NCBI GenBank assembly: GCA_951406725.2
Contig: OX597830.1
Span: 32,736,001 to 32,800,000 of the forward strand
DNA length: 64,000 bases
Origin: Octopus vulgaris
Lineage: Eukaryota
Direction: 5' to 3'
How positions within the stretch are numbered: the stretch's first letter is position 1; every line of letters begins with the position of its first letter. This document shows, piece after piece, positions 1 to 14,839 of the stretch. The notes below the pieces were generated by a model that searched no databases, was not told the DNA's origin, and saw only the letters and a list, made by a program, of their open reading frames with translations. A program made the translations under genes and the position numbers.

Positions 1-366
1 ATCTCGTATATAACATAGAATCTCTGAGGCCATCCTCAATCACCAAAGGAAACCAAATATCAACAGGAAGCTAGAAGGTTGCTGTAACAACACCTTTCCG
101 TGCATGTTCACTACACACACTCTCACACACAAACACATCGGCAACATACGTTAATTTCTTGAAAATGGTGTCATAACCCCAAAATACTGAATGCAAGGTA
201 AGTCTACATTAATTCATATATTTGTTTTCTTGCGATTTGCCTTGCATTTATTTTGCATTGTTCTGGCCTTACCCACGATCCTTTATACAATATATTCTAC
301 ACAATGCTTCAAAGTAATTATTCCAATTTATGTGTATGTGTATATATATATATATATATATATAAA

Positions 367-617
367 ACGGTGGCACGTAAAAAGCACCATCCAACCGTGG
401 ACGTTTGCCAGCCCCATCTGACACCTGTGTGGTTGGCACGTAAAAAGCACCCACTACACTCACAGAGTGGTTGGCATTAGGAAGGGCATCCAGCCGTAGA
501 AACATTGCCAGACCAGACTGGGCCTGGTGCAGCCTTCTGGCTTCCTAGACCCCAGTTGAACCGTCCAACCCATGCTAGCATGAAAAGTGGACGCTAAATG
601 ATGATGATGATGATGAT
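367..617 (+). mobile_element. SINE/LINE-tail family A (GGCACGTAAAAAGCACC...CCAACCCATGCTAGCATGGAAA...(ATG)n); other copies about 5494-5742+, 13218-13450+, 35031-35305-, 35620-35850+, 46600-46860+, 58874-59060-
   Basis: Repeated many times in the window with an (ATG)n tail; the tail is probably RTE-type (recalled, unverified). Confidence 0.85.
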
Positions 618-1288
618 AAAACATATATATACCAGCTGAGTAGTCCAGTGTTGCTAGGCTATTTTCACTATATGTCTATATTTCAATTGTTTTATTTCAT
701 ATCAGACCATGTCGTCCCTGGTGGATAGGCCCCTTGATCAAGATGAATTCCTGCAATATTTAGGACAATTTATAAGGCTTTTGTTTTTCATTTTCGTACA
801 TAGATGTGAAGACGCTCCCTACTTCCTACTCTTGAGTACCTGACATAAAACTGACCATAGGTAAAGCAGGGATCTTCAAGGTGTAAATTGGCAACTAAAA
901 ATGTTTGCCCTAGTGGTTTGTTGATGGTCATGACAAAACTAAGACTCACAGGAAATTGAAGTTGTTTGAATTGAAACAGGACTTCATCTCCAGAGTCAAT
1001 GTGACGGAGGTTGTTATGTGCTTATCAAGTAATCAATGCATCCTATGCTTAGGTGTTTCCTGAGATCATGTAAGGCAGGCTGTGTTTGCATGTCATCAAG
1101 TCAAGTCTATTCTTTCACTGTTTGGGTGTCATCTGCGCTTGCTGCTGATAATTTGTGAAGGTTTTACAACTCTGTCACCCTAATGAAAATTTCTTACACA
1201 CATGCATACACGGACATTGACATGCACACACACACACACCTCTAGCATGAGAGATATGCATATACAGAGAAAGGGTGAGAGAGTGTAG

Positions 1289-1347
<59 letters not shown>

Positions 1348-1350
<3 letters not shown>

Positions 1351-1817
1351 CAGAAATTTTGTAATTATAAGCATAATTATAAGTTGGGAGTATTGCTGTC
1401 TGGGAGTTATGGTTGTGGAATAGTATTTAACTGCTATTTCTAAATTTCTGTATGTGGTGAAGCAATATTTTTTTGTTCACCCTTTTGAAGCCTAGCCAGG
1501 CTCATGGGCCCGGTTTCCCGGTTTCTGTGGCGTATGTGTTCCCCCCAGCTGGATGGGATGCCAGTCCATTGCAGCATTACTCAAGAAACAGGAAGAGAGA
1601 GTGAGAGAAAGATGTGGCAAAAGAGTACAACAAGGGTTGCCACCACCCCCTGCCAGAGCCTCGTGGAGCTTTTAGGTGGTTTCACTCAATAAACACACAC
1701 AACGCCCAGTCTGGGAATTGAAACTGCGATCCTCCGACCACGAGTTCACTGCTCTAACCACTGGGCCATTGCTGAACCCTAATTATAATTATGCTTATAG
1801 TTATAAGATTTTTGTAT
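1348..1817. mobile_element. AT-rich inverted-repeat element containing a nested SINE (about 1470-1771, minus strand)
   Basis: ATACAGAAATTTTGTAATTATAAGCATAATTATAA (1348-) is inverted at 1783-1817. Confidence 0.55.
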
Positions 1818-2041
1818 AAGTTTATCGATAATGGTTCTTTTAACATACCAAACTACTTGGTAAAATTATTAATTATTAATTGATTAGTTAATTTTACTCT
1901 TTCTTATTATTGATAATATATATATATACATAGAGGGAGGGAAGTTTATAATGATAAAACTAAAAGACAGAGGGATAGATAGATAGATAGATAGCCAGAT
2001 AGAGAGAAGTACATAGATATACACATGACTGATTTGCATAC

Positions 2042-2085
<44 letters not shown>

Positions 2086-3061
2086 AGGAGTAGTATGTGT
2101 AAGAGATATACATATACTGAAAAAGAGTGAGAGTCTGCATACACACATACACTCTCGTTTCTCTGCTTGAGAAGCAGCTATTTAATTTTAGGTGATGCTC
2201 CAGCATGGCCATAGTCAAATGATTAAAACAAGTAAAAGAATATATACACACATATACAAGCATACATACATACACATACATGCATGCACACACACACACA
2301 CACACGCATCCATAATAACAATGTTTCCACACCTTTTTTTTTTTTTTGCATCCTCCTCCAAGACTTTCATCATCTACCTTGAGTCACAACTTCTCTTTTC
2401 TTTGTCCACTTTTTCCACCCATCCACCCACGCCTACTGCAATCAGATTTCTAAGAAATCTAAGTCTGTTTGAAAGCCTCAGAGAACTATATTTTTATAAA
2501 CAAATGAAAAAGGCAAAAAATTTCCCTGATTTATTTTGCTTAATCTTTGTAGAATTTCGTTTATTATGTTTATTATAACATGATGTTAGCAAGTATGTGT
2601 GGGGCAGTGTTTCAGTAGAAAGGTGGCAGGTGGCTGAACATTTGAGTGAGTGTTGTCTGCTGTAGACTTCACAGAACAATGTCTTCTGGGTAGAAATGAT
2701 AGTGCAAAAACAAAATGCATTGAAGCTAAGCATGTGTATGTGTTTGTGTATATAGGTGAGTGTGTATATATATAAAAAAAAAGTGAAGTTATTTTCTTGA
2801 TTCATACTGACTCATAAGGCCAGTTTCCTGGTTTCAGAGTGTATAAATTCCACACCTGGACGGGACACCAGTCCATCAAAGGATTACCCATTCTTGCTAG
2901 CTGAGTGGACTGGAGCAATGTGAAAAGAAAGGGCTTGCTCAAATACACAAGGCATCACTTGATCCAGGAATTGAAACCACAAAACTTATGATCATGAGTC
3001 CAGCACCTTATCCACACCTCCACTGTGTATACATGCATGCCTGTGTATGCGTATGTGTATG

Positions 3062-3380
3062 CAGCGGTGGACTGGCCAGGTTACCAGCTTGCTCAATGGC
3101 AAGTGGGTCCCTGTGCCATTAGAATCTATATATGGGGACCCATGTTAGTATCTAAGGGGGCCCATCCGCTCATGTTTGAGAATTTCTTTATTCACTCCTG
3201 GAAGAATGTATTATTTCATTCAGGCTGTGTTTGTAGACAGTTGAAAAGAATACTTTTAACAAAAAAAAAACAAAAAAAATAAATGATAGCATTGTAGTTG
3301 CAGATAGGACCCCTAGTAGTTGTGGCTGAGCCCCCTTTAGTCTACTGGCAACCAATATTTTTAGACCCAGTCCACCACTG
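3062..3380. mobile_element. hAT-type MITE
   Basis: TIRs CAGCGGTGGACTGG / CCAGTCCACCACTG; 8-bp TSD TGTGTATG / TGTGTATA. Confidence 0.75.
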
Positions 3381-3543
3381 TGTGTATATATGTATATCAA
3401 TGTATCTATGTGAATATTTATATTCAGCACCTTTGCAAGAAAGCATGAGCAAAATTACCGTGACATTCAATGGTATTTCCTACTAAAAGAAAATCCTTCC
3501 GTAATTCTATGACTTTTTATGTGTGTGTGGGTGTGTTTGTGTA

Positions 3544-3955
3544 TACTCTTTACTCTTTACTCTTTTACTTGTTTCAGTCATTTGACTGCGGCCATGCTGG
3601 AGCACCGCCTTTAGTCGATCAAATCGACCCCGGAACTTATTCTTTGTAAGCCCAGTACTTATTCTATCGGTCTCTTTTGCCGAACCGCTAAGTGGCGGGG
3701 ATGTAGACACACCAGCATCGGTTGTCAAGCAATGCTAGGTGGACAAACACAGACACACAAACACACACACACATATATATATACATATATACGACAGGCT
3801 TCTTTCAGTTTCCGTCTACCAAATCACCTCACAAGGCATTGGTTGGCCCGGGGCTATAGTAGAAGACACTTGCCCAAGATGCCACGCAGTGGGACTGAAC
3901 CCGGAACCATGTGGTTGGTTAGCAAGCTACTTACCACACAGCCACTCCTGCGCCT
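3544..3955 (-). mobile_element. tRNA-derived CORE-like SINE family B with internal (TA/CA)n; other copies about 5847-6260+, 12210-12600-, 20860-21240+, 24177-24480+, 24510-24867-, 31697-31858-, 59410-59777-, 61965-62304-
   Basis: Head TGGCTGTGTGGTAAG...GGTTCAGTCCC (A/B boxes), CTTGGGCAAGT core motif, (AGAGTAAA)n tail; many copies. Confidence 0.85.
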
Positions 3956-4205
3956 ATGTCTATGTATCTGCCAGTTTCTCTCTGAATTTGCATTTGTGTC
4001 TAAATCCTAAAAACCAGTATAGTCTATGCCAGTGCTCCTGCATGTCCTGTATCGATGAAGTTCAACAGATAGAAATCAATAAGCTAAATATTAAGTTGAA
4101 ATAAGTACAGAGAACAGTATGATTGACTCAGCCCCTTGAAATCGCTGCTCCAGCATGGCCACATTCTAATGACTGAAACAGGAAGAGAATAAATAAGTGT
4201 AAAAG

Positions 4206-4238
<33 letters not shown>

Positions 4239-4483
4239 ATTATGTGTATATGAGTGTGTATAATATTAAAACACATAAAGATGATTGGAAATTTGGCATT
4301 TCAAAACAATGTTAAACAGAAAAATGTAAAAAGAAGAAGTTAATAGTTCAAAAATTTTAAATTATTATCAGGATAATTTATCTCAGACATTTTGATATGT
4401 AATGGGTCATTAAGAGTTTTGTGTTTTTGCCAGAGATACAGTAGAGCTGCCAATAATGGCATTGAAACCAGTCACTTTTGAAG

Positions 4484-4567
<84 letters not shown>

Positions 4568-4608
4568 ATATACATGCATATATATATGTATATATATGTA
4601 TAAATGTG

Positions 4609-4650
<42 letters not shown>

Positions 4651-4872
4651 CACATATATGTATGTATATATGAAGTGAACTACTTATGAGTCAGTTGGCT
4701 ACATATATATATATATGTGTGTGTGTGTATGTGTATATATATGTATATACATATATGTATTTGTGTATGTATGCATGTATGTATATATATGTATGTACAT
4801 GTATATATATATATGTCTACATATATATGTACATATACATACACACTCATATATATACCTATGTTTATATAG

Positions 4873-4903
<31 letters not shown>

Positions 4904-6751
4904 CACAAGTATATATGTATATGAATATATATTATATATATCATATATATGTAGATATATATATATACACACACTCACACACATAACTTGTATATATGAC
5001 TATTGTGTATGAGATAATCAGTTAGCAATATAACAATATGGCTGGTGTGTCACAATTCCTATATGAATATTATTACAGTTTTTATCCCTTATTTTTATTT
5101 GTGATCAAATTATCTGTTGAGTCTTAGATTATATATATGTGTGTGTGTGAGAGAGGTTTATCTTGCTGTTGCATCCCACATTTTTCAAGGGACAACACAG
5201 ATGCGGTGTCTCAGATAACCCATTGACCCTTTTGATATCACTCCACCCGAGACCACTTGCAGTTCCATAACATAAACTTCATATTTTAAAGTGATAAGAA
5301 TTTTTAAAATTCTACCAAGATTTTATACTAATTATGATCTAAACACCAGGTTAACCATGACAAAATTATTTTACAAAATTCTGGTTATTTTCAAAGTTAA
5401 TTGAAAAAATCGACACCGATGTAATTCAATGGAAATATGAAGTTAGAATGGTTAACATCTATTAATGTGCTTGTCCTTCATAAATTCTCTTTGACGGCAC
5501 ATAAAAAGCACCATCCGTTCGTGGCCGTTTGCCAGCTCTGTCTGGCACCTGTGCGGGTGGCACGTAAAAAGCACCCACTACACTCACGGAGTGGTTGGCG
5601 TTAGGAAGGGCATCCAGCCGTAGAAACACTGCCAGATTTGACTGGGCCTGATGAAGCCTTCTGGCTTCACAGACCCCAGTAGAACCGTCCAACCCATGCT
5701 AGCATGGAAAACGGACGCTAAACAACGATGATGATGATGATGAAATAATCCTTGTGGCCCAGGTTTTCCATGAGAAACCACACTAAGGATTTACTCTATA
5801 GACTAAGCTCTCCACAGACCCTTTGTAAGTCAGTTATCAGCTATAGGTACAGACGTGGCTTTGTGGTAAGAAGTTTGCAACCCAACCATGCAGTTCCGGG
5901 TTCAGTTTCACTGCATGGTATCTTGGGCAAGTGACTTCTGGTCTAGCTTCAAACCAACCAAAGCTTTGTGGGTGGATTTGGTAAATGGAAACTGAAAGAA
6001 GCTCATCATATATATTTGTGCATGTGTGTGTATGTGTGTGTGACTTTGTGCCTGTGTTTGTCACCCATCACTGCTTGTCATCCAGATTGGGTGTGTTTAC
6101 CTCACAGTAACTTAGCGGTTCAGAAAAAGAGACCAATAGAATAAGAATCACGTTTGAATAAAATAAATACTTGGGTTGATTCATGCAACTAAAATTCTTA
6201 ATGGTGGTGCCCCCGCATGGCCACAGTCTAATTACTAATGAAAGTAAAAGATAAAAAATAAAAGTTATCTCCTCCTATTCTTACCAATTCCAGTAAAAAT
6301 TGCTCACCTTTTACTTGTTTCAGTCATTGGCCTTCGTTTGCCCTGCCCTGAAGGGTTTTGGTGAAACAAATCAATTGCAATACTTATGTTTGCTTTTAAA
6401 TGTGGCAATTCATTTTATCAGTCACTTTGGTGAACTGCTAATGTTATTAGGATGTAATCAAACCAACACCAGCTGTGAAGTGCTGTAGTGGGGACAAACA
6501 CAGACAACAGATTTTCAGAGAAAGAAATCAATCAACTAACTGACACATTACAAATACAGTCATTAAGTGGAACAGTAAAAATATGCAAAACTTTTCTCAA
6601 GTTTAAAATATGTTGTTGTTTTGTTTTCTACATTCCAACGATGAAGCTTTGTATCTTTGTTAGAAACCAGCATCTTCCTGAAAGAAAGAATTTAGATAAT
6701 TATAAACAGAAGTGATCCATCCATCCATCCATACATACATACATACATACA

Positions 6752-7745
6752 TATGGCCAAAGAAGTAAGAACCCACAGTATGGTAGAAGCCATAACCACT
6801 CACAATAAAAAAGAGTACTAGTAGAATGTTTTAGTGAAAACCTCAATAAAATATAAGCCCAACAGACCTGATATGATGATCTGGGATAGAGAAGAGAAAT
6901 TGTGTACAGTTGTGGAAATTAGCTGGTCAGTAGATGTTAAGATAAAGCTAAAGATCAGCGATAAAGAAAATACCTACACTGATATATAAGGGAATCTACA
7001 GCTACTCTATCCAGATTACAAGTTCTGGTTTATACCTGTAATTATTGGAACCCTAGGATATGTAACACACTGCCTAAATACCAATCTTGAGAAATTGGGC
7101 TTCTCAGGACCAGAAAGGAGAAAGCTAATTCAAAGACTACAGATCGAATCCCTCACTGGAACTGTAAAAATCTGTAAAACTTTCCAGAAGTTTATCATTT
7201 AGATATATATGAGCATGTCTAGATATGCAAGTATATGCATGAGAATGCATACATACATACATACATAGATACATACATACATACATACATACATACATAC
7301 ATACATACATACATACATACATACATACAGCGGATGTTAACATAATAAAGATCAGTGAAAGAGAGAACACCTATGCTGAACTATTGAGAAATCTGCAGTT
7401 AATCTATCCAGATCACAAGTTCAGGTTTATACCTGTAATTATTAGGGTCATGGGATATGTAACACACTGCCTAAATACCAATCTTGAGAAACTGGGCTTC
7501 TCAGGACCAGAAAAGAGAAAGCTAATTCAAAGACTACAGATCGAATCCCTCATTGGAACTGTAAAAATCTGTAAAACTTTCCAGAAGTTTATCATTTAGA
7601 TATATATATATGAGCATGTCTAGATATGCAAGTATATGCATGAAAATGCATACATGAAACATACAAATCTGCATACATACATGCAAATGAAAATACCTTG
7701 TTGTTGATGTTGAAATTCCAGTGAGACACCTAGTCACAAAAATGT
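6752..7745 (+). mobile_element. Two tandem 3' fragments of an RLE-type (R4/Dong-like) LINE (about 6752-7250 and 7331-7745) embedded in (CATA)n
   Basis: PNRPDMMIWDREEKLCTVVEIS...KENTY...FIPVIIG.LG matches the restriction-like endonuclease PD-(D/E)xK region. About 6935-7250 is repeated at 7331-7655. A third, more diverged stub lies at about 6505-6610. Confidence 0.75.
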
Positions 7746-8588
7746 AAAAAAAATAGTGTAACAGGTGTAAAACAATATGTAGTAAATGAATAAGGGAAAT
7801 GTGCACTGGTGAATGGGGTGCAGGGAGGTGAGAGGACTTGGAACATTCCCAATGGGAATTCTCTGAGTACTCTCCTCCGCCCCCTGTTTGCCAGCATGCA
7901 TATTGTTTTACACCTGTTGCATTATTTATTTCTTTTTGCTCGGGTCAAACACTGGAGTTTAACCTTCAATATTAGATTATGATAAGGTAGTGAGCAAAAT
8001 GCTCAGTGACATTTCCTCTGTTTAGGGTCGAATTTGCTTTTCATACTTTCGGGGGTCGATAAAGTAAGTATTAGTTGAAGACAGGGGTCAATGCAATTGA
8101 CTTAGCCACTCCCCAAAATTTGAACCAAAATTTGGATCCAATATTAAACTGGTAGAATCGCAAGTGAGTTTGCTGTGCCCATGCACATGGCTGAAACCTT
8201 GAACAAGGCTGCAAAGGAATGTCTACATTGAATGAAAATGTGCTACAAGTGAGTCAGCTAAGTTCAAGAAATAACTGCTACATCAAAGGACGTTAGGACG
8301 CTAATTTAGAAGAAATATGTGTTGGATTGGGATTTAATAAAAATAATATTGGAATGAATAAACTTTGAAGACGTATAAATTCTCCATTTTTCTTTATGAT
8401 GTCTTGATTATGTACACAGACACATGCACACATACACACATACACACATATAAACAAACACAGGCACACACAGATATATATATATATATAATTTATAAAC
8501 TGGCAGTATATTATATATTATATATTGTGAAACTAGATTTAAAATTGCTAAATTGAATTTTCCCCTGTAAGTTTGGAATTATATTCCC

Positions 8589-8692
<104 letters not shown>

Positions 8693-10254
8693 CGTGGAAC
8701 CCTGTTGGTTACGACGACAAGGGTTCTAGTTGATCCGATCAATGGAACAGCCTGCTTGTGAAATTATCATGCAAGTGGTTAAGCATCCAACAGGCATGTG
8801 TACCTTTAGTGTAGTTCTAGGGGAGATTCAACGTGACACAGAGTGTGACAAGGCTGGCTCTTTGAAATAGAGGTCCAATAGAAACAAGAAGAAAGAGCGA
8901 GAGAAAATTGTGATGAAAGACTACAGCAAGGTTCGCCACCATCCCCTGCTGGAGCCTCGTGGAGCTTTAGATGTTTTTGCCCAACAAACACTCACAATGC
9001 TCGGTCTGGGGATTGAAACCACGATCCTACAACTATAAGTCCAATGCTCTAACCACTGGGCCATTGAGCCTCCACACACACACACATACACCGACACACA
9101 CACACACGCACACACGCACACATACATATGTATGATGTGTTTCTACATAATTTTTGCCCACAAAATTCACCCACAAGGAATTGGCTGGCCCAGGACTATA
9201 ATAAAAAAAAAGTTGCTCAAAGTGCTCAGCAGTGAGAATGAACCTGAAACCTTGTAGATGCAAAGCAAAATTCTTAACTACACAGCTGTATCTGGGTAAA
9301 TATTCTCAGTAATATAGTTTCAGGCTGGTGGATTGACACAAATATTAGAGAACTAGAATAAATATATTGCTTTAGTTTTACAGTTTTTACAGCTAATAAA
9401 CAAAGCCTGTAAATTCGTACTTTTTCATGAGGTGTTATATCTGCATATTTGAAAGGTGTTTCAAACATAGGACTGTTTAGTAGTATATAACACTTGATAA
9501 CGTTCTTTTAGTACTTGATTCCAATTTGCATTGATAATGTTCTGTTCAAGAAGACTTAACTGTCTAGCTAACTCATTTCATTGCTTTTTCCAGCTTGCTT
9601 CTGATTTCAAGTAGTTAATGAAAATATCACATCAATTTCAAACTAATAAACTATTTAAAAGAACAACAACAACGACAACAACAGCAGCAGCAGCAGTAAC
9701 AACAACAAAAACAAAATGTCTGTTTTTTTAGTTTTAAAAACTTCAATTTGAATTTTAATTTCTTATTGAATTCCAATTTGAGTTAAAATTTCAGTTTATG
9801 CTTTAAAAAAAGAATATACAATTTTTCTTTTTAAAATTTTTTTCTACACAATTTTGATTTGTGAAAACATTCTCACGTTTCTCATCTAAAAAAAATCCAA
9901 ATCGTAAAATAATAAAATAAAAAAAAAGAACTTTTTAAAGCCAAAAAAAGTCTTGATTTGACATTTCCAATCTTTTATATTAAAAAAAAAAATCTATTTT
10001 CTAGGTTACTGCTTTTATATTATGTAATAAGTCTAAAGTTATCTGTGTTGTTAATGCATAAATTATTCTGTTTCATGATATTATTATCATATTTATTTTT
10101 TTCCCCCCATCAGATTTGTAATTTTGAAAGCATTTGGTATCGGTAATAAATTTTATTCAGTTTATTCAGGGCTCAGTACTGGTTATTAAAAGTTAAGAGA
10201 TTTCTGTTTGAACTATGCAATTATATAGTCTCAATGACTGAGTTTATTCATTTA

Positions 10255-10633
10255 TTATATATATAAGTGTATGAGTAGGTGTGAGTCTGTGAGTGTGTGT
10301 GAGTGTGTGTTTATACACATATATGTTTATGCATATATATATATTGTATATATGTGTGTATATATAAGTATATATATATATATATTAAGAGAGAGTTATG
10401 TATACACATCAACACATACACACATATGTATATACTATATATATGCATATATATATACACATGCATATATATATATGTGCATGTGTATATTTATATTTAT
10501 ACATGTGTGTGTACATCTTTGTGATGGGTGTGAATATACATGCATAGACATATACACACATACATACATACATACATATAGATATATAGATATATATTTA
10601 TACACATATATGTATATATATATATACACACAG

Positions 10634-10666
<33 letters not shown>

Positions 10667-10692
10667 TATGCATATATATGTATATATACATA

Positions 10693-10742
<50 letters not shown>

Positions 10743-10969
10743 TTTATATACATATATATATACATACATATATATATATAATATATACATATATATATTT
10801 ACATATATATATGTATATATATATGTATATATGTATATATATATATATATATGTATATATATGTATGTATGTATGTATACATACATACATATATACATAC
10901 ATACATATATATATATACATACATATACATACATATATACATATATATATATACATATATATATGTAAA

Positions 10970-11001
<32 letters not shown>

Positions 11002-11003
11002 CG

Positions 11004-11035
<32 letters not shown>

Positions 11036-12060
11036 TATGTATATACATATATATATATATATATATATACATATATCTGTATATATATATATGTATGTGC
11101 TTTTCTTAGTGCATCTCTTCATACAAATAGGTTTCCTATCTACATACCACAGTGTCACTGTAGTGCATTGAGCAGTGAGTCAAAATGAAGAGGTGATATG
11201 TATGCGTATGGGTGTACGTATTTGTGTGTGTGTGTGAGTGTGTGTTTGTGTTTGTGTGTGTGTGGAGGAGAATGACATCACAGCAGCTTCCCAGGTACAC
11301 TTGCGTTTCATTGATACTTACTGCGAAAGTTTTTGCATAAATAACCCATAAACAAAACACACGTCCAAGGCAAATGAACAAACTGGCATGAATTTATGTT
11401 AATTTCTTTGTGGTAGATGGTGGATGGTGTAATCACGTGTGTGTGTGTATGTGTGTATTGCTTATATGTGTGTGTGTGTATGTGTTTCGAAGAGTGGATG
11501 TTTCTAGCAATGATTATTTGGACTTTGTGCATATTTAAGTGTGCGCATGTGTGTTTTTGTGTGTGCATGCGTGCAATTGTGAATATTTACATGTGGCATG
11601 TATGTATATGTGCATACATATATATATGTATGCATACATACACACACATTTGTATATATATGTGTGTATGTATATGTGTGTGTGTGTATATGTATGTGTA
11701 TGCATGTATATATGTATATTTGTATATATGCTTGTATATATGTCCCTTTACATATATGTAAATAGATATACACACTCACTCCTAGTTCGATAATGCACAC
11801 ATGTATACACATACATATATATATATATATATGCATATATATATATATGTATATATGAGTATGTATCTATGTATGTGCATATACATATGTGTGTTCACAT
11901 TTAGGTATAAATTACCCAGAGGGTAAGCATTTAACTCTTTGGGTGTATGTGTGTCTGTGTGTGTGTGTATATATGGATCTATGTGAATATGTGTGCTTGA
12001 CTGTATACATACATGTTTGCTTATGCAAATGCATATATCCATGTTCGAATGTATATTTAA
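10255..12060. repeat. Compound (TA)n/(CA)n/(TG)n microsatellite field; similar fields at 4485-5010, 18300-19340, 34060-35600, 43060-44875, 50900-51500
   Basis: Directly visible; source of the many YIYI/CVCV pseudo-ORFs. Confidence 0.95.
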
Positions 12061-12597
12061 CACTAATGCAATTATACGTAAAAGTGAATAATATTGTGGA
12101 CCTATGAACTTTATGTCTTTCACTATGAGTACACAGTGCACTACATATGTTATTATAGATGATATTGGTAAGTATGAATACCTTTATATATTTATATATA
12201 TATATATACTATTTTACTCTTTTACTTGTTTCAGTCATTTGACTGCGGCCATGCTGGAGCACCACCTTTAATCGAGCAACTCGACCCCAGGACTTATTCT
12301 TTTGTAAGCCCAGTACTTATTATTCTATCGGTCTCTTTTGCCGAACCGCTAAGTAACGGGGACATAAACACATGAGCATCGGTTGTCAAGCAATGGTAGG
12401 GGGACAAACACAGACACGCATATATATATATATACATATATATGACGGGCTTCTTTCAGTTTCCATCTACCAAATCCACTCACAAGGCATTGGTCGGCCC
12501 GGGGCTATAGCAGAAGACACTTGCCCAAGATGCCACACAGTGAGACTGAACCCGGAACCATGTGGTTGGTTAGCAAGCTAGTTACCACACAGCCACT

Positions 12598-12639
<42 letters not shown>

Positions 12640-12735
12640 TATACACATATGTATATATGTACATATACACATATATACATGTATAAAGGATCGGGATTTG
12701 TGGTGATTTGCTGCACTTGTGAAGACGTGTCAAGC

Positions 12736-13161
12736 CAGGGCTGGATTAACCATTAAGCCGAACAAGCATGTGCTTAGGGCATCAAAGGAAGGAGGAGTCA
12801 CCGAAGAAATAGTAAATGGTTTACTGTACAAAAGAAATCATTTTAAACTTGCTGAAATTTTATTCGGAATACCTTTATCTCTACTAAGTCTAGATGCAGA
12901 TGTGTTAGCTAAGATTAATTTTGAGGATCTGATCAAAGACTTTGCAATTCAAAAAAGTTGGAGGAAACTTTTCAAATATAAATAAAGTGGAAGTATACAA
13001 AAATAAACATTACTTTCCTTCTTACTGTTTTGTTTCATTTTGAAAAACAAAAATTTATTTTATGGTTTGTTATTGTTTATATTTTGAATTACATAATCTT
13101 TTATGGGGGCACCAAAATCTTTTAAGTGCTTAGGGCCTCGATGGGCCTTAATCTGGTCCTG
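12736..13161 (+). mobile_element. hAT non-autonomous element with a dimerisation-domain remnant
   Basis: TIRs CAGGGCTGGATTAA / TTAATCTGGTCCTG; 8-bp TSD TGTCAAGC / TGTGAAGC; LSLLSLDADVLAKINFEDLIKDFAIQKSWRK. Confidence 0.85.
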
Positions 13162-13812
13162 TGTGAAGCTAAGTAAAATCGCTGTCATCCATACATACAG
13201 GCTTGTCCTTTACAGTTGATGGTACCACATAAAATGCACTCATGCCAGTACTGTGTAAATGTAGCCATGCCAGTGGCACGGAAAAAGCACCCAGTACACT
13301 CTGTAAAGTGGTTACCATTAGGAACGGCATCCATTCATAGAAACCATGCTGCAACAGACAACTGGATTCTAAACAACTCCCCTGGCTGGCCAGCTCCAGT
13401 CAAACCATCCAACCCATGCCAGCATGGAAAACGAAATTTAAATGATGATTATATATATATATATATATGTATATATCAGTAGCATCATCATCATTACCAT
13501 CATTTAATGCCTGTTTCCCATGCTGCCATGTGTTGGAGGGTTTAAGTAGAGGTGAGCTCTACTCTCTACTCTGACATAGTTGCTCTTCTGAATGCCATCC
13601 AGTTTACAGAATATTCTGGTTGCTTTTTATGTGGCACCAGCAACGGTGAGGTTACAAAGTAACCTGCAAAACAAAAACATCTCAACTGAGAGGGGATGTG
13701 CTATTGAGGGAGGTGACTTTGTAAGAGGTTAAACTATGATGGGCAAACATGGAAACAAGTGTCTTGCTGTAGAGGAGATGCATGGCTACCCCTATTTGGG
13801 GAAAGAGAAAGA

Positions 13813-13855
<43 letters not shown>

Positions 13856-14070
13856 AGATGGTGGTAATAATATGCCTGAAGGTACTGTCAAGGAGGTGAA
13901 TGTGAATGGAGTTGTGCAGAGGCTCGGATGGAGTAGGTGAGCTGGGAGTTCAGATGCAGGCTAAATAAGTGGGAGAGAGGGGAGGTGAAGGGAAATGCAG
14001 TGAGTGGAGAACATGGGAAGTGGTTGGATACAATTGGCAGGGGGAGGCACGCACATGGCTGTGTGTTTAG

Positions 14071-14297
14071 CCCTTTCAATACCAACCTGCCTGAAACTGC
14101 CTCTGGCTCTGAGTACGAATGTCTTGTTTCCATAAGTTTTGAATTAAAATCTTCCATCAAATCTTAGTTGCAGTTTATCTTCCTAATACCAGCTTAATGA
14201 TAATGAAGTTATTTTGTTAAATTCTTTGTAATATTTAAAATTAATTGAAAGAAACACAGAGCATCACACACAAAAAAAAAATATGGTAACAAAAGGG
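14071..14297. mobile_element. piggyBac-type MITE inserted in a SINE head; similar elements near 5222-5454 and 22684-22910
   Basis: TTAG|CCCTTT...AAAGGG|TTAA termini; removing it rejoins ATGGCTGTGTGTTTAAGAAATTCGCTTCCCAACCAT. Confidence 0.6.
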
Positions 14298-14774
14298 TTA
14301 AGAAATTCGCTTCCCAACCATATGACACATCGGATATTCTCTTTACTGTTCAACAGGAAGTTAATGTATTTAATTTTGCCGCTGTTGTTTAACAAGTGCT
14401 GTATAAGAGATACTATTTGACATTCAAAAGCTGTCTGCACCGACCTCAAGCCTCTACATCCTTTATCTCCTCTTAAGTAAAACCTCTTGGTATCACTATT
14501 TCTTATTTCTTTATTGCCCACAAGACAAAGAGATTAAGTCGATTACATTGACCCCAGTGCATAACTGGTACTTAATTTATCGACCCCGATAGGATGAAAG
14601 GCAAAGTCGACCTTGGCGGAATTTGAACTCAGAACGTAGCAGCAGATGAAATACCGCTAAGCATTTCACCTGGCATGCTAATGTTTCTGTCAGCTTGCAG
14701 CCTTTTCCCTATTTCTGTGGAGATTTCAGGCTCATAACAGTATCTCACAGTATCTGTGTGTATATAACAGTATC

Positions 14775-14839
<65 letters not shown>

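Noticed and set aside
632-1270. Possible further Helitron (minus strand ending CTGG with a decayed hairpin)
   Set aside because: Termini too degenerate to support a call.
5648-5675. CTGATGA followed by the AGCC-TTCT-GGCT hairpin
   Set aside because: No GAAA after the hairpin, and other family A copies read CTGGTGC or similar here; chance mutation.
10271-11188. Long YIYI/CVCV ORFs (also 43047-44898, 34959-35923 and many others)
   Set aside because: Translations of (TA)n/(CA)n microsatellites, which lack stop codons; no protein features.
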